From positions 1-41,946 of IMG/VR virus record IMGVR_UViG_3300012952_003760: a DNA stretch of 41,946 bases. The stretch is one strand, 5' to 3'. Numbering within the stretch: the first letter of the stretch is position 1; each line of letters begins with the position of its first letter. Position numbers and translations under genes: made by a program. The notes under the pieces are model-generated. The model searched no databases. It was not told the DNA's origin and saw only the letters and a list, made by a program, of their open reading frames with translations. The DNA is from a virus (taxonomy: Duplodnaviria; Caudoviricetes). Positions 1 to 8,086 of this stretch are shown here, one piece after another.

Positions 1-324
1 AGAGGAGATTCAATTGGACCTATTCTCGATTATTTAGAAGAGATTGGGATTGATCCGAACGAGGTTCGACCCATTGCTACTGAAGGTTCTTCTAAGGGAG
101 ATGTGATAGCTACTATGATTGCGCAGAAAATCATGAGCGACGGCAAATCTAACGTCCAACGCATTGAGTACTATGAAGATTCTCAACGTAATATTGACGA
201 CGTACTACAGAAAGTGTGTCATGACGATCAATTGGAATCAATTAAACCACAAGGTTTTGAATTGCTTGTCTATAAAGTCGTTCAAATTGAGGGTGGCTAC
301 AAATTAGAACCGATTACATGTTAG
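1..324 (+). CDS. 5'-truncated HAD-superfamily-like phage protein
   Basis: Frame is open from base 1 (RGDSIGPILDYLEEIG...) to TAG at 322-324. IEYYEDSQRNI resembles HAD motif IV. The start lies outside the window. Confidence 0.5.
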   Translation, partial: RGDSIGPILDYLEEIGIDPNEVRPIATEGSSKGDVIATMIAQKIMSDGKSNVQRIEYYEDSQRNIDDVLQKVCHDDQLESIKPQGFELLVYKVVQIEGGYKLEPITC

Positions 325-331
325 TATTATA

Positions 332-338
332 CTAATTA
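332..338 (+). promoter_or_regulatory. CTAATTA, putative phage late-promoter motif
   Basis: Intergenic, 18 nt before ATG 357. The same motif recurs before many starts. Confidence 0.45.
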
Positions 339-356
339 ATTGTGGAGGGTACAGCA

Positions 357-674
357 ATGGCCGACAACGGATGGGATACATACTCAAAATTAGTGTTACA
401 ACAATTGGAGACGCTAGCGAAGGGGATTGATGGCTTGCGAGATGAACTCGCGCATGTAAAAAATCAACTGACCGAATTAAAGGCAAAAGAGGATCGAGTA
501 CAAGATCTTAAAGATTGGAAGGAAAAAATTGATGAAGTTGCATCCCCCACACAGCTAAGAGACACAATCAAAGAAATAGAGGAATTGAAGCAGTTCAAAA
601 CAAAATCAGTCACTATTTTTGCAGTAGTTCAATTTTTGATGGCAGCAGCCGTTGCTTGGTCTAAAATAATGTAA
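357..674 (+). CDS. coiled-coil protein with C-terminal transmembrane helix (XhlA/holin-like architecture)
   Basis: GGAGGG SD at 344-349 favours ATG 357. Heptad-like N-terminus, hydrophobic C-terminus (VTIFAVVQFLMAAAVAW). Confidence 0.7.
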   Translation: MADNGWDTYSKLVLQQLETLAKGIDGLRDELAHVKNQLTELKAKEDRVQDLKDWKEKIDEVASPTQLRDTIKEIEELKQFKTKSVTIFAVVQFLMAAAVAWSKIM

Positions 675-719
675 CGTTTGACAGGTGATTTCCACCTTTC
701 GAATCACTAGATAATAGTG

Positions 720-1010
720 ATGAGCTATAAAACACTAACCAAACAAACTTTTAAAAAAATCATGAAACAAATTTCAGGAGATATCTCTCCCGAGGACGGA
801 GAATTATTTCCTGAAGCTGTCATATTAGGGAAAGGTGATATTTGGTGTTTTGATCCCACCACACGTTCTATGAGGAGAGTTCCCCGTGGAATCAAAGTCT
901 ATCTTTTGACATTTAAGCCAGATGAATTAAATCGTTATGTGGCATATACTCCCAATGGAAATATTATTATGGTTGAAGAAGAAGAACTTTTAATTACTGA
1001 GTGTGACTAA
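720..1010 (+). CDS. hypothetical protein
   Basis: Collinear ORF; its stop overlaps the next ATG (TAATG). Confidence 0.7.
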   Translation: MSYKTLTKQTFKKIMKQISGDISPEDGELFPEAVILGKGDIWCFDPTTRSMRRVPRGIKVYLLTFKPDELNRYVAYTPNGNIIMVEEEELLITECD

Positions 1011-1156
1011 TGTTATTTACATATAATAAATTTTGGAAAACCATGACTGTTCTGATAGGGAGTTGGGCAATATACGGTATATTTGGATATCAATTCACCG
1101 CGATTACCTTATTAGGACTGTTAGTGGCGCATAATTTGGCCGATGACTCCTCGTAA
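1010..1156 (+). CDS. small membrane protein (48 aa, not in ORF track)
   Basis: MLFTYNKFWKTMTVLIGSWAIYGIFGYQFTAITLLGLLVAHNLADDSS. TAATG-coupled to the upstream gene, hydrophobic, fills the gap. Confidence 0.65.
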   Translation: MLFTYNKFWKTMTVLIGSWAIYGIFGYQFTAITLLGLLVAHNLADDSS

Positions 1157-1346
1157 AAAAAATAGAAAGCGTAGTCCGAGTAAGAAAATTCTCACTGTAG
1201 AGGTTATTAATTATACCACTCGCACACGGAGAGTTATTCATCTTGATGAGGATCAATCCGCTAATAAAAATGACGAAAATGGGAATGATTTAAATAAAAA
1301 AACTCCTATTTATGTCGATGAAGGGATTAAACAACCGAAAAAATAG
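1143..1346 (+). CDS. hypothetical basic protein
   Basis: 67-aa ORF in a collinear gene run. Confidence 0.5.
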   Translation: MTPRKKNRKRSPSKKILTVEVINYTTRTRRVIHLDEDQSANKNDENGNDLNKKTPIYVDEGIKQPKK

Positions 1347-1539
1347 ACATTACGCAAACTTGCCATTTAAATTAAATGCAAAAGAAAACGTTTACGTAGT
1401 GTTTTATACAGAAGAAAATCGTAATGGTACTTCTCAAACATGCGAGGGTCCATTTATAGATGCTGAAAAAGCTTTCGAGATTAGAGATAATTTTTTGGCA
1501 CAAGGTATATGCGCGTGGATAGTTAGTTATAATGGATAA
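1318..1539 (+). CDS. hypothetical protein
   Basis: Start at 1312 or 1318; CTATTTA at 1306-1312 favours 1318. Overlaps the next gene. Confidence 0.6.
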   Translation: MKGLNNRKNRHYANLPFKLNAKENVYVVFYTEENRNGTSQTCEGPFIDAEKAFEIRDNFLAQGICAWIVSYNG

Positions 1540-1807
1540 AAAGTTAGAATTTGGTGAATTGCATGCTAAATCGCTTCATATTGGTGATATAGTAGAATGG
1601 TCGCGCTGGAATTCTGACAAAAACGATTGGGATTACTTTTACGGTATAATACTAGAAATGAAAAACCAATTTAAAGCTAATCGTCTTGTATCTATTTCAA
1701 CCGTAATTCCTTTAAATGGGGCCTCGCGTGAAATGGAATTTTTTACTCTTAGTTTGCGCCCCGTTTCCCATCAAAACGAACATTTAGAGAATAATAATGA
1801 ATCCTGA
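1532..1807 (+). CDS. hypothetical protein (SH3/KOW-like beta pattern)
   Basis: LHIGDIVEW...YGIILE pattern; overlaps both neighbours. Confidence 0.65.
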   Translation: MDKKLEFGELHAKSLHIGDIVEWSRWNSDKNDWDYFYGIILEMKNQFKANRLVSISTVIPLNGASREMEFFTLSLRPVSHQNEHLENNNES

Positions 1808-2678
1808 ATTTATAATTTTTACTGGACCTATGTTTAGTTCCAAAACTACACGTCTATTAGCTGCATTGGACCGCTATAAATATCAAAAACGCAAAATTAT
1901 TGCTTTTAAACCAAAAATTGACGAGCGATATACTAAAAATGAGATTTCTACTCATTCTGGTGCGACTTTAAAAGCGCACCCAATCGAAAAAGGCGCTGAA
2001 ATTCGTCAGATGATAACAAATTACGACATAATTGCTGTTGATGAAGCCTTTATGATACCCAATATTGCAAGTGAACTTATTGAAGCCTTCAAAGGAGGAA
2101 AAACTATTGTAATTTCCTCCTTAGAGTTGTCTTCTGATTGTAATGTCTTCGATGAGATGCAAAAAATGCTTCCTTGGGCCACTAAAATTGAAAAATGTGC
2201 GTCTGTATGTACCATATGTGGCGCAGATGCTTATTACACTCATCGAAAAGTGCAAAATTTAGACGAAATTACGGTTGGAGGTGCCGAATTATACGAACCG
2301 CGGTGTTGGAAGCACCATTCGGCGTTTTCGGGACAACAAAACAGCTTCGTAGACCATATTGCCCTACGAGTATCGGACTTGCAGGTGGCTGAAGAGTGGT
2401 ATACTCAACAATTAGACGGAAAAGTAACCTTTAGGGACCCCAAGTACATCAGAATGCAACTTTCTAACACAAATATTGCTTTAATTGATGAAAAACATTA
2501 TCCGCATCAACATTTTGGTATTTTAGTCGAAAAAAAAGAGAATTTAGCGAATTTAGAAGGTATTCGCGTCGAACATCGCGATGGAACCGTAGGTGTATAT
2601 GTCAATGACCCATTTGGGAACTATTTAGAGTATATTTGGTATTCCGACGACCAAAAAGAGGTATTTTTAAATGATTGA
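1797..2678 (+). CDS. tdk: thymidine kinase fused to a C-terminal VOC/glyoxalase-family domain
   Basis: TK motifs GPMFSSKT, IAVDEA, CTICG and VGGAELYEPRC. VOC motifs DHIALRVSDL, HFGILV and DPFGNYLE. Confidence 0.9.
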   Translation: MNPEFIIFTGPMFSSKTTRLLAALDRYKYQKRKIIAFKPKIDERYTKNEISTHSGATLKAHPIEKGAEIRQMITNYDIIAVDEAFMIPNIASELIEAFKGGKTIVISSLELSSDCNVFDEMQKMLPWATKIEKCASVCTICGADAYYTHRKVQNLDEITVGGAELYEPRCWKHHSAFSGQQNSFVDHIALRVSDLQVAEEWYTQQLDGKVTFRDPKYIRMQLSNTNIALIDEKHYPHQHFGILVEKKENLANLEGIRVEHRDGTVGVYVNDPFGNYLEYIWYSDDQKEVFLND

Positions 2679-3603
2679 CGTTTTAAAACCCCTAATTAAG
2701 CAATTTTTGCCTTTTGCGCAGCAACAAATGGGGTTTACGCGTCCACCGCGACTGTTTTTACGTCAAGACACTAAAAATGCCTCTAATCCTTTAGGAAAAA
2801 CCGGTTTTTACGATCCCGACAACGAATCGATCACACTTTACATCACCGGCCGGCATCCTAAAGACATTATGCGGTCATTGGCGCACGAATTGCAACATCA
2901 CACCCAAAAATGTAACGGAGAGTTTGATAACACCGAAAATATGGGTGAACAAGGTTATGCACAATGCGATCCTCATATGAGAACGATGGAGATTGAAGCA
3001 TATAAAGCATCAATAGTTTTTAGAGATTGGGAAGACTCTCTCAAAGAGACTATTTACTACGAACATTTACAAAAAGGAGATAAAAGTTCAATGTCTACAA
3101 AAAACTGGAAAAATGGGGAAATCAAAAGTCTCCTGGCCGAAGCCTGGGGTTTCGGGTTTAATTTAAAGAATCTTAGTGAAGAAAGAACCGGCTCAGGAAT
3201 CGATCACGGAGGTGATGACGATAAAGAAGCTGAAGAAGAAACTGAAGGTAGAGCCGACAGCAAGCGTGAAGAAGAAGGATTGGAATTGAAAGAAGACAGC
3301 GGTTATGAAGAGAAAGAGCATGATGAGCACAACGCTTGGAGTGACGAAGATCATATCGATGCAATTGAGAAACATTTGCGCGCGCTTCGACATGATCGTG
3401 ATTATGAAGAAGATCATGAATCCCTTGAAGAAGGTAATATCGATGAGCGCAGGGGTCGCGGCCGCAAAGGACCAAGCACACGCACCGATGATCCACGCTT
3501 ACGCGAAGCAATTGCTAAACTTCAAAAGTCGGGACTTTCGAAGAAGCAGCTTTCTGAGGTTCTAGAAAAAGCAGTACGCATTTATAAGGGAAAAAGGAAG
3601 TGA
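2671..3603 (+). CDS. HExxH zinc-metallopeptidase-like domain plus acidic C-terminal region
   Basis: RSLAHELQHHTQ with a downstream MEIEA third-ligand-like Glu. The C-terminal half is D/E-rich. Confidence 0.75.
   Translation: MIDVLKPLIKQFLPFAQQQMGFTRPPRLFLRQDTKNASNPLGKTGFYDPDNESITLYITGRHPKDIMRSLAHELQHHTQKCNGEFDNTENMGEQGYAQCDPHMRTMEIEAYKASIVFRDWEDSLKETIYYEHLQKGDKSSMSTKNWKNGEIKSLLAEAWGFGFNLKNLSEERTGSGIDHGGDDDKEAEEETEGRADSKREEEGLELKEDSGYEEKEHDEHNAWSDEDHIDAIEKHLRALRHDRDYEEDHESLEEGNIDERRGRGRKGPSTRTDDPRLREAIAKLQKSGLSKKQLSEVLEKAVRIYKGKRK
3050..3056 (+). promoter_or_regulatory. CTATTTA motif upstream of an internal SD and in-frame ATG 3091
   Basis: Motif, then AGGAG at 3075-3079, then an in-frame ATG at 3091. 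Confidence 0.35.
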
Positions 3604-3687
3604 GTAAAAGTTGTATATAAATTTAAGCTTAAAAAACTTAGAACCCAATTTATACATCAACTGTTATTAACAACAGAAGGGACTGGT

Positions 3688-3939
3688 ATGTCATTAGATT
3701 CAGAATGGAGAAATTTTCTGCTTAACGAAAGTTTAGATGAAAAGAGTATTTTTACCTATATTCAAGGGTTACAAGAAATTATCAATAACTTTAAGCCTCG
3801 TACACTTGCGGAAGAGCGTCGAATTGCATTAGCAAAACAGCATATACGTGAAGTACGCCGAGTGGCTAGAAGAATTCTAAATGAAAATATGTCCCTTCAA
3901 GAAAAACTCAAACTCTTAGAAGAGAATAAGGAAGATTAA
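3688..3939 (+). CDS. hypothetical helical phage protein
   Basis: 83-aa ORF with a GAAGGG SD-like site; abuts the next ATG. Confidence 0.75.
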   Translation: MSLDSEWRNFLLNESLDEKSIFTYIQGLQEIINNFKPRTLAEERRIALAKQHIREVRRVARRILNENMSLQEKLKLLEENKED

Positions 3940-6291
3940 ATGGGCGCTGCCAACACACATCTTACCCATCTTGAAGAGTTGGTACTTACACAAGGACCTC
4001 AAGGCTATGAGATGGCCAGAGCATTTTTGCTCGAATTATTAAGAACTCTTAAAGGGAATACTAATAGCGCAATCCAAACATCGGTTAAATGGGATGGCGC
4101 GCCGGCTATCTTTGCTGGGGTTAACCCAGAAAATGGAAAGTTTTTTGTTGGAACCAAATCTATCTTTAACAAAGTTCCAAAAATAAACTATACCGAAGAA
4201 GATATTATTAAAAATCATGGACATGCGCCCGGTTTAGTTGACAAATTAACCAAAGCATTAAAATATCTACCTCAACTTGGAATCACTAACATTTTACAAG
4301 GTGATTTTATGTTTGATGATGAAATGCTAGACGTTGTTAATATCGAAGGAGAGCCTCATTATCGGTTTAAACCAAATACTATTGTGTATGCGGTTCCTGT
4401 TGATTCTCAACTTGGTCAAGAAATAGGACAATCAAAATTTGGCATTGTTTTTCATACTACTTACGATAGTTTGGATAGCGGAGCTAGCTTTGGAGCAGAT
4501 GTAAGTAATCTTAATAGAGCGCCTGGGGTTTGGTTTGACGATGCTTTTTTTACTGATGATACGGGAACGGTCACTCTAACAGAAGACGAAGAACAAAGAA
4601 TTATTAGTTTAGTGAAAGAGGCTGATGGTGTAAACAAAGAAATAGATTATAATGATTTACCCATGGCAATGTTGAACATTTATATTAATAGCGAGATTAA
4701 GTCCGGTCAATTTATAGAAGATCCTGAAAACTCTTATAACGGATTTATTGATTGGTATACAGGACGTACCGACGCAGCAATTAATAAACTGAAAACTCCA
4801 CGAGGACAAGAAAGAAAACGAGGACAGCAACAACAAACATTGGAATTATTTGAAAATAAGAAGAGAGACATCCTTAATCTTTTTCGAGTGTCGCGGCTTT
4901 TATTTGAAGCCAAGAATATTTTTATTGAAAAATATAATAACGCTGTGTATAACACCAAACACTTTGTAGACGACGGTTCAGGAGATTTAACAGCTACAAA
5001 TCCAGAAGGTTATGTAGCTGTTGATCACAGCGGTAACGGAGTTAAGTTTGTAGATCGATTAGAATTTAGTCGAGCAAATTTTGCGGTAGATAAATCTTCT
5101 AAGTTCGTTCAAGAACGTACACTCACCATTCAAGTATCCAAAGACAAACAGATTACAAAGACTTTATCGGAATGGCTAACGCATGCAAGAAACGCCGGCC
5201 ACACGTACCAGAAACCTCCTCAGTTCGTTTATAAAGATATTATGGCTGGTACTCCCATTGTAGAAATTGTAAGCCAGGAAAACGCTGAGAAGACGATTTA
5301 CAATGCTGTTATTACTTATGCAAACAATTTGATTGAAGAATCTAAAAAAGATTTTATGAACGACAAGTATACAAGTGATCCTTATCCTCCTCCTATACCA
5401 GTATTAGGCGAAGATCCTAACGAAATTAATTTAGACATTGAAGATGAAGATGAAGATCCTGTCATAGACATTGATTTTGAAGATGAGCCCAAACAAGGAA
5501 AAACAATTGCAGTTGTCCCAGGGGCCTTTAAGCCTCCACATAACGGACACCTTGATATGGTACAAAAATATGCTGATATCGCAGATGAGGTAAAAATTAT
5601 TATATCTACACCGACTTTAAGCGGAAGATATATAACTACAACTGGTCCAGACGGAAAAAAAGAAAAAAGAGAAATAACTGCTGATGATTCATTGCAAATT
5701 TGGAAATTATTAACAGTTGATATGCCAAACGTTGAAGTCGACAAATCATCGCACGCTTCGCCAATTAATGCGGCATATGAATATGTTGGTCAAGATGGTC
5801 CTTTGAATATTGGCGATAAAGTTATTCTTGGCTGTAGTGCTAAAGATTGCGATTGGAAAAGATGGACTGGCGCTGAAAAATATATTAAAGATGGTGTGGA
5901 GTTATTAACTCCTAAAGGCACAGCTGTGACACCTATGCAGCGACAGGATGATGTCCCATTTAGCGCTACTGATTTTAGAAATGCACTAAGTAATCCAAAC
6001 AATAAAGATGAAATTGCTGAATTCGTTGGAAAGGAAAATGTTGACAATGTTTTAAAAATATTGGGATTATCGACTGAACTTGAAGAGGCTAGTACAGCTT
6101 CTGGTGGTTCTAGCCCGGGCGCGCCAGTGGGTGCGGATGGTAGTCCATGGGTTAACGGCCAAGAAATTAAAAAAGACAATAAAAAAGAAAAAGAAAGAAG
6201 TAAACTTGTAACTAGAACTTTAGGAATTGCAGAAAATAATACTATAGATGAAGTTATGAGACTAATTATGGAAAGAGGCATTTTACGATGA
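3940..6291 (+). CDS. DUF6267-like (RNA-ligase-fold) domain fused to a HIGH-family cytidylyl/nucleotidyltransferase
   Basis: N-terminal NTHLTHLEELVL, KWDGAPAIFAG (KxDG), LQGDFMF, PEGYV and VKFVDR. Acidic linker. C-terminal GAFKPPHNGH and SATDFR. Confidence 0.8.
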   Translation: MGAANTHLTHLEELVLTQGPQGYEMARAFLLELLRTLKGNTNSAIQTSVKWDGAPAIFAGVNPENGKFFVGTKSIFNKVPKINYTEEDIIKNHGHAPGLVDKLTKALKYLPQLGITNILQGDFMFDDEMLDVVNIEGEPHYRFKPNTIVYAVPVDSQLGQEIGQSKFGIVFHTTYDSLDSGASFGADVSNLNRAPGVWFDDAFFTDDTGTVTLTEDEEQRIISLVKEADGVNKEIDYNDLPMAMLNIYINSEIKSGQFIEDPENSYNGFIDWYTGRTDAAINKLKTPRGQERKRGQQQQTLELFENKKRDILNLFRVSRLLFEAKNIFIEKYNNAVYNTKHFVDDGSGDLTATNPEGYVAVDHSGNGVKFVDRLEFSRANFAVDKSSKFVQERTLTIQVSKDKQITKTLSEWLTHARNAGHTYQKPPQFVYKDIMAGTPIVEIVSQENAEKTIYNAVITYANNLIEESKKDFMNDKYTSDPYPPPIPVLGEDPNEINLDIEDEDEDPVIDIDFEDEPKQGKTIAVVPGAFKPPHNGHLDMVQKYADIADEVKIIISTPTLSGRYITTTGPDGKKEKREITADDSLQIWKLLTVDMPNVEVDKSSHASPINAAYEYVGQDGPLNIGDKVILGCSAKDCDWKRWTGAEKYIKDGVELLTPKGTAVTPMQRQDDVPFSATDFRNALSNPNNKDEIAEFVGKENVDNVLKILGLSTELEEASTASGGSSPGAPVGADGSPWVNGQEIKKDNKKEKERSKLVTRTLGIAENNTIDEVMRLIMERGILR
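6262..6268 (+). promoter_or_regulatory. CTAATTA, putative late-promoter motif
   Basis: 19 nt before ATG 6288. Confidence 0.4.
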
Positions 6292-7061
6292 ACCAAGACG
6301 AACAAATCTTAAGAGAAAATATACAAAATTTAATTCAAATTGTCAAGAAAAAAAGATTACTCGAAGAAGAGCAGCTGCGGGGTTTAATCGGCGATTTAAT
6401 AGAATTTGAACACAGACACTTAATGGCAGAGCGCGGAACACCAGATGTAGATCCTACTCCAAATAAATCTACCGGTATTAATGTTCTTGAAGAACTTCTT
6501 AAGAAGATTGTACCAGTTTTAGAAACAGATTACAAGTCTTTGACAACTAATATTGAACAACGCCAATCTTTTCGGGCGCATATTATTAATGCGGTGGTTA
6601 ACACTTTGACCCCTGCAATTCTTAATAATCAAACTGATGATGAAGTTGAAGATTTAGATGAAGAAATTGATATCACCGTAGGCGGCGATGATGAAAAATT
6701 TATTGACATTCGCACAGATGCCGAAAAAAAAGCTGAAGAAGAGGAAGCAAAACCAGACGAACGAGAAGAATTTGGGAGCGGAGTTGAGGGCGATGAGACC
6801 GGCCGTAATATGGCTTACCAATCTTTCAAAAAAATTGAAACTGCGGTTATTGATTCCTACGAACTTTTGTCAGATCCTGAAGATCAAGAGTTGTTCTATG
6901 ATTACTTGATTGCCAATCTTAAATTGTATTTTGATAAATTTGAAGGAGAACTAGATTCAACTGTATCTGAGCCCTCAAACCAAGCTTACGACGCTGCTCA
7001 AGATGCCAGCGGCGCTGCAGCCGGAAGTGAAGATGAAGAAGAAATTGAATTCGAATTATAA
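6288..7061 (+). CDS. acidic hypothetical phage protein
   Basis: 257-aa ORF, ATGA overlap with the upstream gene, D/E-rich. Confidence 0.8.
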   Translation: MNQDEQILRENIQNLIQIVKKKRLLEEEQLRGLIGDLIEFEHRHLMAERGTPDVDPTPNKSTGINVLEELLKKIVPVLETDYKSLTTNIEQRQSFRAHIINAVVNTLTPAILNNQTDDEVEDLDEEIDITVGGDDEKFIDIRTDAEKKAEEEEAKPDEREEFGSGVEGDETGRNMAYQSFKKIETAVIDSYELLSDPEDQELFYDYLIANLKLYFDKFEGELDSTVSEPSNQAYDAAQDASGAAAGSEDEEEIEFEL

Positions 7062-7079
7062 AAAATAAAAAAAAAGTAC

Positions 7080-7108
7080 TTGACAAGCTTCTGATTTTTT
7101 ATTATATT
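7080..7108 (+). promoter_or_regulatory. sigma70-type (early) promoter
   Basis: TTGACA-17 nt-TATATT with an A-tract UP element. Confidence 0.75.
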
Positions 7109-7128
7109 ATATATGTGTTGGTTATGTG

Positions 7129-7482
7129 ATGGCAAACAAACAAAAACTTTCAACAACTATCAATGATAGTATCATAACTAAATTAAAAGATCAAAACAAA
7201 TTAAATGACAGTACTCTAGTGCTTATAGCTAACCTCAGTCTTGAAGATCTTGTAGCTGTAAAACTAGAACTTTCAGCCAGTCATATGAAGAATCGTTTGT
7301 ATGGCTTTAATCTTTGGCAAAAAAGTCAAAACATTTTTAAAGAAGCTTTGTTGAAATTTGCTATTTCACATACACAATCTAAAAAAGATGCAGCTCGGTT
7401 TCTCGGTTTAACATATAGCGATTTTAAGAAAGCTCTAGCTAGATATAAAGTTACTAATTATTTTAAAGAACAAGATATATGA
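7129..7482 (+). CDS. Fis-type helix-turn-helix DNA-binding protein
   Basis: C-terminal ALLKFAISHTQSKKDAARFLGLTYSDF resembles the Fis/NtrC HTH. Confidence 0.65.
   Translation: MANKQKLSTTINDSIITKLKDQNKLNDSTLVLIANLSLEDLVAVKLELSASHMKNRLYGFNLWQKSQNIFKEALLKFAISHTQSKKDAARFLGLTYSDFKKALARYKVTNYFKEQDI
7454..7460 (+). promoter_or_regulatory. CTAATTA, putative late-promoter motif
   Basis: 18 nt before ATG 7479, upstream of the tmRNA. Confidence 0.4.
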
Positions 7483-7739
7483 GTTGGAAAGTATACAAAT
7501 GGGATGGCCGCTTTATCCAAGGTGAACTTATAAGTACCCACAGTACAGAATCAGCCGCTTTGAAAAAAGCAGAAAAAGTTATCAAACATTCACGTACACA
7601 GCGAGAAGAAAGTAAAAAAGAAGTAGTTATATGGCTTGATAGTGAAGAGGGAGTGCCCCTTGGAGCAATTGTAAAGCGAAACAAAACAGAAGAAATAAGG
7701 GGACGAAAAAGGATTCGACAGAGTAAGAAAGAGGAATAG
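7479..7739 (+). CDS. hypothetical protein; 3' end overlaps the tmRNA
   Basis: ATGA-coupled to the Fis-like gene, 86 aa. Confidence 0.65.
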   Translation: MSWKVYKWDGRFIQGELISTHSTESAALKKAEKVIKHSRTQREESKKEVVIWLDSEEGVPLGAIVKRNKTEEIRGRKRIRQSKKEE

Positions 7740-8071
7740 TGCAAGTAGGTTAGATACGACCTTGACAGTTCAAAAACAATAGTTGCAAATAACAACAACC
7801 ATTTCGAAGCAGCTGCTTTAGCAGCTTAATCGGGAGGCCGCTCAAAGCCTTCTATCCAATTTGAGCAAAACCAACAATGAAGTTGTAAAAATAAAAAAAC
7901 CATCGATTGGAAAAGGTGAGGGTTTAGCTTGCCAGTTGATTAATCACCCCGCTTTTGTTAATTTTCAGATAGTGGAGGCCGGCCGTCAAACCGGTAAAAA
8001 TTAACTAAACTTGTGAATGACTAGAATTGGACTTATTGTGGACGCGGGTTCGACTCCCGCCGTCTCCACCA
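7699..8071 (+). ncRNA. ssrA: tmRNA (transfer-messenger RNA)
   Basis: 5' GGGGACG...GGATTCGAC. 3' T-arm GCGGGTTCGACTCCCGC followed by CGTCTCC-ACCA. The acceptor stem has the G3-U Ala identity pair. Tag ORF at 7785-7829 encodes ANNNNHFEAAALAA. Confidence 0.97.
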
Positions 8072-8086
8072 TTTAAAGGAAAATAA

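Noticed and set aside
678-713. TTGACA at 678 as a sigma70 promoter
   Set aside because: No -10 element at 16-18 nt spacing.
8041-8071. tmRNA 3' end as a prophage attachment site or a stand-alone tRNA
   Set aside because: I saw no duplicate of the 3' end and no integrase, and phage-type genes lie on both sides. The T-arm and acceptor strand pair with 7699-7705, so they belong to the tmRNA.
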